Origin: Perkinsus olseni
Lineage: Eukaryota
Direction of reading: 5' to 3'
NCBI GenBank assembly: GCA_013115125.1
Contig: JABANN010000071.1
Location: forward strand, 1-64,000
DNA length: 64,000 nt
Under the pieces are notes generated by a model, which saw only the letters and a program-made list of their open reading frames with translations, searched no databases and was not told the DNA's origin. Position 1 is the first letter of the stretch, and each line of letters begins with the position of its first letter. A program made the translations under genes and the position numbers. This document shows positions 46,920 to 59,548 of this stretch, in pieces.

Positions 46920-49622
46920 TTATGTAGTTCCCGCTCGGTGGAACCCTTTACTGTAAGCCGGACAGTAGCCCAGACCTGGGAACTGTGGATTCACCCTCAG
47001 ATGAGTCCAGTTTTTGATGCTGACGATCTCCTGGTGGATAGCCGCTCTCTCATCTAGATTGCGGGCCCACATATTCAAGTGCTTGTGTGGGGGTATAATG
47101 TAGAATTGACGAGGCAGAGCATCTGGTCCAAGGTGAGATATCGGTGTATCCATATTCCAGGTGTACCGAGCTCTCGCACTATTAGGAAACGGTATTGGCT
47201 TATTAACCCAAGTTTTCGCATGCTCTTTAGACCAGCTGGACTTCCCAAATGTGGCCCAGTAGCCAAGATGGCTTGCGATATTTAGTAAGGGGGAAATGTC
47301 ATCGTACTCGAGAACGTTTCCACCACCAAAAGCTGCAACGTCCATCGGCTGATCTGCTAACCCGCCGAAAGTGAAAGCAGTAGCTGCACCAGTGAGCTGC
47401 AAAGTCTGCGTGAATGAAGAACAGGCGGAACCGCAGTTACCGTCCGTCACGAAGCCGACCTCAGTCCAATACTTCGCATCATAGCTCGCCTTAGCATAGC
47501 TTGGTACGGCATCTTCCAGAAGTTCATAGCAAAAACCGTATACACTCGTAGTAGAGTAGTTCGAAGGCTTGCCCCACTGGCGAGTTTGATAGTCGGTGAA
47601 CTGACTCAGCGGAGGGTCGAAGGGCCCACGGGTCATAGGATTTATCGCGTCGCTGTTGTCGAAGAGATACCAACCATACTGGGGAGCCAATTGAGAGCCA
47701 ACAGATGTTAACCTATCCAGAAAAAGTCTTTCCTTGAGAAAGATGTTGAAGAGCCTAGCTCGTTGGGCAGCCGTCTTCTGTGACCGTATAGCTTCCTCAA
47801 AACCCTTTAGACGGAGCACCTCGTAGTTCTCAATACGCGCCTGTTGTGGGGTCTCTGAGTCAGAGAGCAACTGATCGGCGTAGTTGATGAGGAGGTAGAG
47901 CTGTTGGAACCTCTCGTGTATGAAGCCAGGGTCTCCAACCAGGTCGGTATTCTCTTCGAAGTACTTATCGATAGTTTCATCATAGTTAACCCCAAAAGAG
48001 TACACCCAGGACAGCCAGTTTTCAGTCATATGTCGAACAATAGGGACACAGATAGCATCAGGGTCTGGTACTACGTACCACTGTAAAGCGAAAGTTGCAA
48101 CAAGGTAACCGCCACCATTGCTAGACACGTCGAACAATAAGCGAGTCACGTTGTTCTGGCGGGCGAAATCCTGAACCTCCGAGAAGTTCTCGTAAACGAC
48201 AGCCGGCAAAAAGAACCCACTATCCCCGGGAACAAAGTCGGGAACGCTGACGATAACAGTGTCGTCTAGCAGAGAATACTGATAGCCGGTTCCTTCCAAC
48301 CACTTTCCTCTCACAGGAGATGGCAAAGGATCATGAGAAGCGAAAATGGCATCGTTCAGTCGGTTGCCAGACTCCGGGGCTAGAATATCATCCGGCAGTT
48401 TCCCATCAAAATCACTGGATGGGAAGGAGTCAGCGACCAAACCCCAAAGAGTGCTGCTTTCCTTCTTGTAGAACTCCGTCTCGAACTTGACAGTCCTCTG
48501 AAATGAAGGGTTAGTATTAGTCAGCACACTGTAGAATCGCGCTGTGACGGTATCCCTTCCCACAAATTTGCTGTAGTCGCTCACCCTGCCCAACCAGTGA
48601 ATCGTCTCTGTGGACCCGTCTTCAAAAGTGACATTGAGAGGTCCTGCCGGTGGTGGGGAAACGATCAGGGCTCTATCTACGAAGGACCTCACGAAGAAAC
48701 GATTGTTAAGCCTTTGAAGGGGTCCTTGATAGAAGCCCGTATATGGCCCACCCTCAGATACCATATCGAGCATCCACTGGAGGACAGGCTTGCCGTCTAC
48801 TCCTACGATAACATCACCTTCCTTGTGCTCAGTCACCGGTTTGCCGTAGATACCAGGATAGTACGACTCGTTCAAACCTGGGAATCCGAGGGTTATCACT
48901 TGAGCTCCATCACGCATATGCGAATTGAAGCGAATCGGCAGAGCATAGATGAAGTCCCTATAGGGGGTACCGTAGAGTGTATGGGCGTCGTTCAAGCAGT
49001 TCAGCTCGGCCTGTAGAGCAAAGTGGAAAGGGGCTGCTGGGATTCTCTTGCTGAGGAATTCTTTCTGTTCCGCCCAGGTCATAGGGTCTAAGACATCGGC
49101 GAACTCGCTGATCTTACCGTCGATGAAGCCTTTTATGTCAACATCAAGAGGGTGCAACTTGAATCCACAAATGTTGGACTCAACAGAATTGTTCAACCCG
49201 TTGGCGATGTCCACAAAAGCGTAGGTCTCCGCCAAGCCGTACTTCAGATTATGGAGGGTGAAAAGAGCATCGAAATTGGTGATGGTCAGACTGTCGAGGC
49301 ATCTGGTAACATCTTCGGCCCTTTTTGTGTCATCAGCCAGGGGCTGCAAGATCGTTTGGCCCCTCGCTGGGTGAAGTGGGGCGCACTCGTCAACGGTAGG
49401 GACAGGTGGGGTAGGTATGTTGCTCGTATTAGCAGGGCCGCAGGGAATGGGAGGGTCACTTCCGTGGCACACCGAGCCAGATCCCAGCTTGTAGAACATG
49501 CAGTAGGAGTCTCGGTGCATCGCCTCACGACAGGCTTGATGCCACTGTTCAGCGTCAGGGGCTTGGGCTTCGACATTCGACCTCAGAATCCACCATAAAG
49601 TAGCGGCATAGAGATGCATCAT
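46920..49622 (-). CDS. Secreted S41-family (tail-specific/C-terminal processing) peptidase-like protein, intronless
   Basis: ORF of about 900 aa with a signal peptide; LLFDVSSNGGGY and VTDGNCGSACSSF motifs; PDZ-like GDVIVGVDGKPV. Confidence 0.8.
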   Translation of the reverse strand: MMHLYAATLWWILRSNVEAQAPDAEQWHQACREAMHRDSYCMFYKLGSGSVCHGSDPPIPCGPANTSNIPTPPVPTVDECAPLHPARGQTILQPLADDTKRAEDVTRCLDSLTITNFDALFTLHNLKYGLAETYAFVDIANGLNNSVESNICGFKLHPLDVDIKGFIDGKISEFADVLDPMTWAEQKEFLSKRIPAAPFHFALQAELNCLNDAHTLYGTPYRDFIYALPIRFNSHMRDGAQVITLGFPGLNESYYPGIYGKPVTEHKEGDVIVGVDGKPVLQWMLDMVSEGGPYTGFYQGPLQRLNNRFFVRSFVDRALIVSPPPAGPLNVTFEDGSTETIHWLGRVSDYSKFVGRDTVTARFYSVLTNTNPSFQRTVKFETEFYKKESSTLWGLVADSFPSSDFDGKLPDDILAPESGNRLNDAIFASHDPLPSPVRGKWLEGTGYQYSLLDDTVIVSVPDFVPGDSGFFLPAVVYENFSEVQDFARQNNVTRLLFDVSSNGGGYLVATFALQWYVVPDPDAICVPIVRHMTENWLSWVYSFGVNYDETIDKYFEENTDLVGDPGFIHERFQQLYLLINYADQLLSDSETPQQARIENYEVLRLKGFEEAIRSQKTAAQRARLFNIFLKERLFLDRLTSVGSQLAPQYGWYLFDNSDAINPMTRGPFDPPLSQFTDYQTRQWGKPSNYSTTSVYGFCYELLEDAVPSYAKASYDAKYWTEVGFVTDGNCGSACSSFTQTLQLTGAATAFTFGGLADQPMDVAAFGGGNVLEYDDISPLLNIASHLGYWATFGKSSWSKEHAKTWVNKPIPFPNSARARYTWNMDTPISHLGPDALPRQFYIIPPHKHLNMWARNLDERAAIHQEIVSIKNWTHLRVNPQFPGLGYCPAYSKGFHRAGTT

Positions 49623-50142
49623 TGGGAAAGAACTTCTCACTGCCCCGGATGAAGGTTAGAGCGGAAGCCCTCCCAAGTCTCGTCCGGGAGACTCGTCGTG
49701 GTGATCGGGAATCGGCCAGCTGGCTGATATCACACTGCACTTTCAATGTCCAGCACGACCAGGTTCCCCGCTCTGGCAGTAACACAGCTTGCTGAGGCAA
49801 TCACAGTAAGCTGCGCGATATCGATCCTGGCACGCATGCCCACCGTTCCACCGAGAAAACATCAGTCCTAGGAGGGACAGCCGAGACGAGGGAGAGGTAT
49901 AAAAGACCCTAATGCGACGATAGTTGGGGAGTCAGCGAGGACGAATAGGTAGGCTGCTGGGAGTCTCCAGTTCGGACCTGGCAGGCCCCAGCAGCGGCAG
50001 CCATCGGTTGCGTCGTTCTGTGTATTTACCCAACATCACTAGTGCGGCACTTGAGGTACTCTGACATTGTCGGCCTGCTGGGGCCCAAGCAATACCGCAA
50101 TATGGGAGTTTCAACCGGCTAAGGTATCGCTCTAGCTGGATA

Positions 50143-50164
50143 CTCATGCTGCATGAGTCATGCA
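50143..50164. repeat. 22-nt zigzag footprint (8-mer CTCATGCA)
   Basis: ctcatgc|tgcatgag|tcatgca. Confidence 0.9.
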
Positions 50165-50555
50165 GGGGGCCGATGGCGGATCCTGATGATCACATTAAAG
50201 CTTAGTGCGATCATCGATCATCACATGGCGCGACCAGGACGGAGCGAGGAGCAGAACTCCACTGCGAACACGATGCGATCATGTGGACGGAGGTTCCAGA
50301 ACTGGAGGATGTGGGAAACATGGAGGTTTTGATGCCGAAGAATCTTGCCGTCGCTGCCTTACCATGCGACTAAAACCTCTGGTCTCCGAGATGGGGCACC
50401 GCGCTAGGGTCGGTAAGGTCGGCAGGACCTCACGACGTCAGCGAGGGTAACGCGAAGGCAAACTGTGCCAAGGCCGAGGGCGATGCTGCAAGCGGCAATC
50501 GCGGTTTAGCAGGCACAAGTTGCCTCTCGAAGAGCTCGGTTAAAAAAATGAGAGC

Positions 50556-50577
50556 GTCGGGCTTCCCGACTCGGGCA
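50556..50577. repeat. Near-perfect zigzag footprint (8-mer GTCGGGCA, 1 mismatch)
   Basis: gtcgggc|ttcccgac|tcgggca. Confidence 0.8.
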
Positions 50578-50829
50578 GTGCCCTGACTACCGGTTCAGGA
50601 TGGTGCCCTGAACTGAGTGCCCTAAGGGCACTAGCTTGCTAGCGTGGGAGGCACAGTCGGAATTTCAAGTGTCCCGCTGTGCGCGCAATATAACAGGGCA
50701 TCTCTCCGCGCCGGTTTTAACCTAGATAAACTACTCGTTTATCCGCTGAATGGAATGTCGTACATAAGGCTCTTATCATAACAGCCTCATGGCTGGAGAA
50801 TCGTCATTCTTTCGAACTGCATGAGATCT

Positions 50830-51400
50830 CGCAACCGTTTTATATCGGTCAAACAAGCTGGGCGGCCGCCCTCTGTTCAATCTACACCTTCGAAGCAGAC
50901 CTTTGGCAACCACAAAGCGGACCCCACCGCTCGAACTGCGGCCCTTCACGGCCTGGACGCTGGAGTAACGGTGCCATTGTCTCGGGAGGCCTTGTCCACC
51001 CTGACAAGGTGGTCGGTAGCGCGCTCGAGCGCCCAGTATGAGAAGGTGCGATCTCCGGGACTCATCCGGATTTTTCGTCCCCGTGTCGTTGGCGTTGGGC
51101 GCGCTTCGTTCGTTGGGATCAATGACCTGCATCTGACAACTGGTGAGCCGTCGCAACAACCTTCGAGACTCGAACTGCTGAATTCCAGGAATTGAAATCC
51201 TGGTGCTTCTGTAACAGGGAGTGCGTAGCGTCCGTAGCGCCTGCAAGGCCGCATCGCGACCAATGCGCCAAGAAAATGCTGAAGAATGAAATCTACTAGT
51301 TTTTTCGTCTGGGCCTTAGTACACCTCAACTTAGTGGCACTTAACTTTAAACACAAGGCGAAGGGAAGATAACGTACAACATCCGTCAGCAAGAAGGAGT
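50830..51400 (-). mobile_element. Possible decayed Penelope-like retroelement RT fragment
   Basis: LVDFILQH...YGRYA...FQFLEF...RPTPTTRGRKIRMS resembles the RT core-to-thumb pattern (RYxDD...FLD...KPT..GR). The frame carries stops. Confidence 0.35.
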
Positions 51401-52463
51401 GGCATGCAGTAGACCTCTGCGTCTCTGGAACATGGTGTTGAGCAACGCAGCACTCAATTGTGGTACGGCCCTGCTCTGAGTGAATGGGAGACCATCACCT
51501 AAGGAGCGCGATCACGCCAGGCTTCAGGATGAGCGCCATGGTATACCTTGGCTTGGCTGCTCTCTACCGTACTTCTCCAGGCGCTCGTCGCCAATCCTTC
51601 GATGCGATTGACGAGACCATACCCTCGAGTAGAGGCTGTGAGGCATGAAGGGTCTCTCCCAGAGGAGATCATAAGCCTCCCGCGAGGTCGCCCTCTGCTG
51701 CAGCCCTTCACGTCGAGTTCGAACCGCCTGCTCAATAGAAGAACCAAGACTGGCACTTCTGAAATAGGAATATTAAGAGGATCGATCAACAGCACGGCGT
51801 CGGAGAGCCTACCCTGGAGCGGTCAGCATGATACTGCAAGTTTCCTTTGCCGACGGGTTGGTACCACTGCGAACGAAACAACGACATCGCGGCATCATGT
51901 CTTGTGACATAGCCTGAGGCGAATAATCATTCCGCAGGCGCCCAAGGCACGCCCTTACCTGTTGGGAACACCTTAATGGTACACAATTACTTTCTCCTGT
52001 ATTCTCTGACCACCCTGTCAGTTGTCCGGAAACTCGTATCTCGTCTCCAGCGGTTGACTGTACAACCCCTCCTGGGAGACTATCTGATGACGAAAGCATG
52101 CCGGAGCTGTGCTGGCAACTACTACTTTATGCTAATTTATGTACGCCCCGACGAACACAAATCGATCAGCCTCTTCAGAATCTACCGTCTCTATTGCTAC
52201 GACCCGTAGTGACACCAACGATCGGGCGAGCAAGAAGCTGCAAAGGCACCAGCAGGCAGCTGCAATGAAGCTGCTACTACTCCTACTTGCACTCTCCGGA
52301 CGAGATTCTTGACAACAACAATAATCATCATCATCATTCATACTAAACATCAAAAAAATATAGTACTACTATGGCACACTGGTGGTACTGTGGTTGCATT
52401 ATAGTGAACCTCGTGTAACGAGGGAACTCTGTTGTCACTAGGAATACCCTCGGCACTTCCTAT

Positions 52464-53330
52464 CTACTCTGAGGCCCAAGCCATACGGCTACGGAAGCGT
52501 TGGAAGGCACTAACCAGCCAGTCGAACGAGACGCAATGGCAAGCTGTTTTATGACCGGGATTCGACCTTCGAGCAACTACAGCTAGTGGTGGTGGAGGAG
52601 CATAGAAATACATCAGATCCGCATTGAGAGGCATCGGACGGTAACGTACCGGTTCGGGCAAGGGATCGTAATCTTTCCAATAGATCGGTGTGGCATGCGC
52701 ACGCAGCTGCATCCGGTAGTACTCCAGAGTCCCGAACACGGGCTCGCTCAAACTAAAAAGAATAAACTGTAATGACGGGCAGGACGGCAAGAAGAAGCTG
52801 ACAGTCCAGCTGTGCGCTTACTTGAGCCTTCTACTCCTTATCGCATTGACGAACCTCGCATCAACTTCATTATCATCGATGTCAGTGTTAATAGCGAGGT
52901 CGAGCGCTTGAGGCTTCTTCTTCCTATCCTTCGGCGGTACATCATGATTAACAGCCGATTGGTCAGCAGATGCCGGTGATGAGGAGGTCGTCTGCAGCGA
53001 AGTCGGCGTATAGTACTTCTTGGCGACGGGAGGCAAGTGCCTCCTCGATAGGTGGGCCGTATGAGGCGGGGATTCGTCAGTTGAGAACGAAGCGTCATCG
53101 GACAGCATAATATCAGATAGATGGTCCGTTGGCGACTTCTCAGGGCCAAGCATTGGAGCCCTGGGCAACCTCGTCCCGTCGCAGCAGATGAATACGGGTT
53201 CCTCGTCGTAGAAGGAGAGGGATCTACGGACTGGTGAGGAGAGGGGTGACGATAGCGGAGTTCGCGGCAGGGGCGGCGGCGGCGGCCTTGAAGCTGCGTT
53301 AGACGATGAGCTTGCATTAGCAGTGGGCAT
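52464..53330 (-). CDS. Hypothetical Pro/Ser-rich protein, 2 exons
   Basis: ORF 52818-53330 ends at a GTAAG donor. An in-frame acceptor near 52755 leads into LSEPVFGTLEYYRMQ. Confidence 0.55.
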
Positions 53331-53851
53331 TATGCACGTATTGGTATACCGATAAATCGGATACTGTAATAAAGATGCTCTTCAGATGCTCTTAACGGAC
53401 CATTGCTCAGGATCAACGCTCCCTCCCTATGATAGGGGAGCATTCAGCACTCAGGAAAAGCCCACGCGTCTAAACCGAGGGAGGACCATGAGGCGATCAG
53501 CAGCAGCAGCAGCAGCACCACTAGCCAAGTGGCCAAGTGGCGGCCACTACTCACGCCGAGGTTGTCTACACCGCCCATGACAGACTTGCGACCACTGCGA
53601 TCATCACAGCCGATTCATCCACAACTCGCCCATGGCTACCACGAATACACGAATCCACGCAGCTACTCGAGACGCTTCAGCCCCATCTACTCGAGTATTG
53701 ACCAACACAGTGTCACAAGGGAATGAAAAGAGTCACATGAGCGTTCAATACGATAGTCATCTACGTAAAAACTTAAAAACACGCCGGTCGCAATCGGGCG
53801 CGCTCGCCATTTTTGGGCGAGCGAGATTTATTCTGCGCTGTTCGCCCCGCT

Positions 53852-55200
53852 TCACAGTTTGCTATCTCGCTGATTCTTCTTGTAAAGTCTATCTGCTTGC
53901 CTAATTCCAAGATCTAACAGTATCTCCTCGGAGCCACCCGGAATAGCGTAGGCCCTGACATCGCGATAGAGCCTTTCGACCTTTTCACCCAGGCCAGAGC
54001 GCGTATACGCGTTACCGCCGAAGACCTGGGAGGCTTCCCTAGCGCAGTACTCAAATACCTGAGAGTCAAAGAACGGCTAGGTTATCACCCCTTTAAGGGT
54101 CTCCTCCTCACCTTGGTGCTGTGAGCTTTCATCAATCCCAGTGTGCCACCGAGGGCCGCCATGCTGTCTTCCCACGACATGACGTTCATTTGATGAGTAA
54201 CATTCTCCAGCCAATACTGCACGCCTTCAATTTGCCGCGACATTTCAGCCAACTTCCATCGTATCACAGGATGCTCCACCAGGGCTTTATCAAAGGTCTT
54301 CCTCTTCTGAGCGTACTTAAAAGACTCCTCGTAGAGCACCCTCGCGAGTCTCGCAGCCTGCACCACGAATCCCCATCGCTCATGATTAAAGTTGTACATA
54401 ATAACTCTGAAACCCTCATTCTCCTTCCCGATGAGATTTTCCACCGGCACCTTCACATCGCTGAACTCAACGAAAGTCGTGCCACTAGGCCATACGCCCT
54501 GACACTCCATACGGGTCGTCCTAACACCAGGCATATCACGCTCGATGAGCAACATCGAGATGCCCTTCATACCGGAACCACCAGTCCTGACCGCCACTGA
54601 GAAGTAGTCGGCAAAGATACCATTAGTGATCCACTTCTTCTCACCACTCACGATGTAGTGTTTGCCATCGGCAGTCAGCTTAGCCGACGTACGGATATTG
54701 GCAACATCACTGCCAGCGTAAGGCTCCGTGATGCAGAGGCATATCTTCTTCTCCCCACGCAAGCATGGTGGTGCCACCCTCGCCTTCAGAGCATCACTAG
54801 CGAAATTCAACACAGGGGGTAGGCCTATCTGTAGCCCCTCTATGAGTCCCCACAGGACACCACCACTTGCGCACCTTGCCAACTCGTCGATGAAGATGAG
54901 CTCATGGAAGTAGTCATATCCCTGCGGCTTAGGGCATGCCTTAGCATCGACGTAGTCAAAGCCTTTAGCCCCGACAACACACGGGAGCAGGCCAGCCTTA
55001 TAGCATTCGACATAGGCCTCCGGTGGGATAGCCTTCGACTTCTCCCAATCAGATACAAACGGTATGATATGCTCCTCTACGAAGTTGCGACATCTCAGAC
55101 GCCACGCTCGATGAGAGTCGGTGTAATACGGGGAGGTGAAGCCCTTGTAGTACCAGTTGGGCTCAGCGTAGGGTACTGGTGATCCAAAACCACCACTCAT
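53852..55200 (-). CDS. Acyl-CoA dehydrogenase with C-terminal PTS1 (SKL), 2 exons
   Basis: CLCITEPYAGSDVA, GEKKWITNG, NFNHERW; exon 2 ASQVFGG...YRDVRAYAIPGGSEEI...RDSKL*. Confidence 0.95.
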
Positions 55201-55294
55201 GACTACGGAGGGGGCAACAGCAACAACAAATCACTACAGCCGCCGATGAAGATCAGACGAACGCAAAACGACGGTTGTAAGAGCACACAGATCG

Positions 55295-57369
55295 CTATAA
55301 GGCGGAGACTCCATCGCGTCTTTGGCTGGTGATAGCATAGTCACCCTCGGCATACACCAAGGCTTTGTTCTCGGCATGCACTTTAGTACCATGCATCACC
55401 ACCATCTCACCGTTCAACCATCGATCAGAAGCAATAGCATCACTCATCATTGCCTTGCCGTCTCGAGCATGCTCTAACATCAGGCCACCACTAACGGCCC
55501 GGGCTAGCAAGAAGGAGGCCCGAAGAACGAGAGGCTCAGAGAACTCGTCTCGAAGTAAACGCTCCGCCTTGTCCAACAGGGAAGTGACCTACTGAGAGCA
55601 AGGCTGGGAGTACAGGCAGCTCTGTACAACGGACCCTAGCATCCGCTCCTATAGTGGTCTCGAATCGACGCCTTAGTGCAGCCAGCGCTCTTCCTCCAGT
55701 CTGAGTGTTGACTCTCACAACGTCCATCGCCTGCACATTGCTAGTGCCCTCCCAGATAGCAAGCACCTATCACCATCCACGGTTGAACATGCAATAGGAG
55801 CATAAACCCACCTGGGCATCACGCAGGTGGGCGGGTAGACCGGTGTCCTCCATGTAGCCAGCTCCACCAAAGAGTTCTATGCCTCTGGACGCCACATCAA
55901 CAGCTTGCCTGCCTGTCTGCAACTTCGACAGAGGAACCATCAAACGGAACATCATTGTCTGAAATGAAGGAATTCCGGACCACCTAAAGTGGTCGAGGGT
56001 AACCTCATCATTGGAAGCTGTGGCCGCTTCTATTCGCCCCAAGAGCCTCGCCATCTCAAGCCACAAGCAGCACGCGGCCCGAGCCTCCACCTCCAACTCA
56101 GCTAGAGCAGCCACATGAGCAGGGAGCTGGCAGTAAGCAGCCTATCAGTGTAAGAACGCACATAAAGATACCTCCATGAGCTTCCGACCAAATGCCTCCC
56201 TCCTTGTCGAGTAGTCCTTGGCCAGCTGTACTATCCTCCTCATACCAGCAGCAGCTGATACAGTGTTGTGTACCCGAGTAATCGATGCCAAGTTCATTAT
56301 CATGCCAAGGCCTCGGCCACCACGGGTCACCTAGGGGTTGATCATGGGTCGACCCACGAGCCCGTAGTCTTACTCGGACTGCTCGGCTGCCGTTCAAGTT
56401 CATCTCTGCCGTCGGAAGTTGTCGTGTACCCAACTTGTTCTTCAACCTCACTATCTGCACTGTAATGATGTATTAGGTGATGAGGAGCACTGTGGCGACC
56501 TCGAGTCCATTGAGCTTGCCCTGGTTGTCTCTAGTAGGAAGGTAGAACATGTCCAGACCACCGTTGGCGTCAGACGTCCGAGCAAGAGTGAAGGTCATGT
56601 GGGCATCAGTCGCTGAGGTAAACCATTTGTTACCAGACAGTAGCCATACGCTAAGATGAAGCACAGTGCAGTACAATACCATCTCTTCGCGTACTTACCC
56701 CTCCTCAGATTCAACAGCAGTAGTAGCAGTTGCAGCACCAACGTCGCTGCCGCCGCCCCTCTCCGTCATCCACTGTCCACTTGTCCAGAACTCCTTCTCG
56801 TCTTGGCTAGTGAGATGCCTCAGGGCACCTTCTAGTTGAGCATTTCGATATCCCTCGCCCTCCCTTTCCGCCTTCGACCCACGCAGCACCTGCATCCACA
56901 GTCGAAGAGATGTCAAGCACGTTGCAGCACTCCCGACCTTTTCTATGATGAAGGCCGCCCCGTCCGTCATTGCCAATGGGCAGCTGTACAGTCCGCTCGA
57001 TGGTGCGAACAAATAGAGTTTCGCCAGTTGATATACTCGAGACGTCTCTTTGCCTAACGGCCTTGAGTATGCCAGTGCAATGAGGCCTTCCTTAGCGGCT
57101 ATGGCATGCATGCCCTTCCACTCAGGGCAAGTCCAGACGTCGTCGGTCCTGTTGCCCCAAGCATCGTAGGGTATATGATAGGGCGGATGCAGCTCACACC
57201 GCCTGCCGGCTTCTCGAATTGGACCAGCACAGTCGGCTCCGAACCTCGATAGGTCCTGCTCAACCTCAGCGTATCTTGCGTCACCTAAGATCCTGCGCAA
57301 GTTGCGCTGGAGGTAACCGTCCTCTGCGAATGTATTGGTCAATTGAGGAATCGGCAAGGTGACATCCAT
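55295..57369 (-). CDS. AidB-like acyl-CoA dehydrogenase, multi-exon
   Basis: [69 protein letters not shown]; ends in SAL*. Confidence 0.92.
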
Positions 57370-57763
57370 AGAGAAGGAAACAGGACGCTTCAACAGGTCT
57401 ATCAAACTCCACCACAACGCCACCATCACCATCGCTGACACCACCACCGGTAGACCAGAAATTTCGTCATTCGCGCACGCCCGATAGTTGATCCTCGGCG
57501 CCGCAAGCTAACTCTCCCTCATTGTAGGGTGATTCATCGTCAAGCTAGTGTGTTGTCACCTTACTTGAGTCACTGTCGCTACTGATGTCATCCATTCCCC
57601 CCGAACATTTACGAGTAGCGATGGGCATAGAGAAGTATCACATGGAGACGGCGGTGTCGCGTTGTTGCTCATGTCGCGCTACCTAGTCTTCAGTCCAATT
57701 TTCCCCCTCCCCTCAGTGATGCTGCCGACCTTGTCCACCACCAGAGGCTGCTCCTCTATAATA

Positions 57764-59102
57764 ATGCGCCGTGGTGTACTACCAATGGCCAATGCTGCTA
57801 CGTTTTCCACCCTCAACAGGAACCGTCGGGTGTTCGTTCCTCGAGGCCTACAAGTTCGCCATTTAAACTTGCATGAGCATCAATCGCTCGGAGTTTTCAA
57901 GAAGTACGGGGTTTGTGTACCGCATGGGTATTATGCCAAGACTCCTGAAGAGGCCGAACAGTTTGCCAAAGAGTTGGGTGGTGGAGACGTGGTTGTGAAG
58001 GCGCAGGTAGGCTCTGTTATTCCAGCTCTCACTGACTACTCGTCATTCCATTGTTCAGGTTCTTGCTGGCGGAAGAGGCCGTGGATACTTTAAGGAGAAC
58101 GGCTTCCAGGGAGGAGTCCATATCGTCAAGAACCCGATCGAGGCTAAGGACTTGGCGTCGAAGATGATTGGCAAGACCTTGGTCACCAAGCAGACGGGGG
58201 AGGCTGGTAAACCCTGCAACGGGGTGTTCCTCTCTGAGAGGTTCCAGATAGCCACTGAGAAGTACTTCGCTATTTTGATGGACCGTTCCTTTGGTGGACC
58301 AGTGATGGTTGGGTCTAAGTATGGTGGTATGAGCATCGAAGACGTGGCTGCTGAGCATCCTGATGCCATCATCAAAATACCTGTCGATATCAATAGCGGT
58401 ATCTCTGATGGTGAAGCCAGGGAGATGGCCGAGAAGATCGGCTTCGAAGGTGAAATCGTCGACGAGGCAGTCATCGCCATTAAGGCTCTCTACGAGACTT
58501 TCCGCCAGTCGGATTGTACTATGGTCGAGATCAATCCCCTCGCGGAGACCAAAGATGGGCGTGTTATGGTATGCGATGCTAAGGTTAATTTTGATGACAA
58601 TGCACAGTTCCGTCAAGAGGAGGTTCATGCACTTAGAGACCGCACACAGGAAGATCCTCGCGAGGTTGCTGCTTCCGAGTGGGATCTGAACTACATCGGT
58701 TTGGACGGCAACATCGGGTGCATGGTCAACGGTGCTGGCCTTGCTATGGCAACTATGGATCTCCTCTCACTCAAGGGTGGCAGTCCTGCTAACTTCCTCG
58801 ATGTGGGTGGGTCTGCTCAGGCCGATCAGGTCAAGGCTGCGTTCGAGATTTTGGAGAATGATCCCAAGGTTAAGAGTATCTTGGTTAATATCTTTGGTGG
58901 TATCATGAGGTGTGACGTCATTGCTCAAGGTGTCGTGCAGGCCTCGACTGAACTAAGCATGAAGAAGCCTATCATTATCCGCCTCGTTGGCACGAACGTC
59001 GAACAAGGCAAGAAGATCATCCAGGAGGCCGGACTCAAGGTCTACGCCTATGATGATCTCAATGAGGCTGCGGGTAAGGCCGTAGCTTTGGCTGGTCAGT
59101 GA
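57764..59102 (+). CDS. sucC: Succinyl-CoA ligase beta subunit, mitochondrial, 2 exons
   Basis: LNLHEHQ, VVKAQ|VLAGGRGRG, EINPL, GNIGCMVNGAGLAMATMD, PANFLDVGG, NIFGGIMRCD. Confidence 0.97.
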
Positions 59103-59548
59103 TGCTTCGACCGGCGGCCGCATCATCATTACTCGACTAAGGTGGCGCTCTAGGCACGAGTGATTCATTTCTATCATTCATCACACAGCTCTGATAGTGC
59201 ATATGCTAATATTGGTGTCAACAATTTTACATTGTCGCTTTTTACTATGATGGTGTTGAGTTACGAAGTCATATAGAATGGATCAAGCGTGGTGGGAGTT
59301 GACATCTTCAGTACAGGAGAAGGTGTTGAACCTTTCGCTAGGTCTATGTTATTAACCATTATGATAGTATATTACGTATTGATGTGGGTTTTATGACCTT
59401 CATCATTGCGTATAGCACGACCTACATGAATTATCGAAAGTATGAGTGTTGCCCGAGTGCTTCGAGCGGAAACCTTGACAGGACTCTGGACACAACACTA
59501 CTGAATATCATCAGAAACATGACAGTCATCTGTGATCTGTACCCTTCC

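Noticed and set aside
50175-50225. Third CTGATGA hammerhead candidate near the Penelope-like relic
   Set aside because: Core is incomplete and there is no closing stem.
53801-53823. GC hairpin with a spliced-leader-like GCCATTTT loop
   Set aside because: Match to the Perkinsus/dinoflagellate SL is too short; an isolated 8-bp stem is uninformative.
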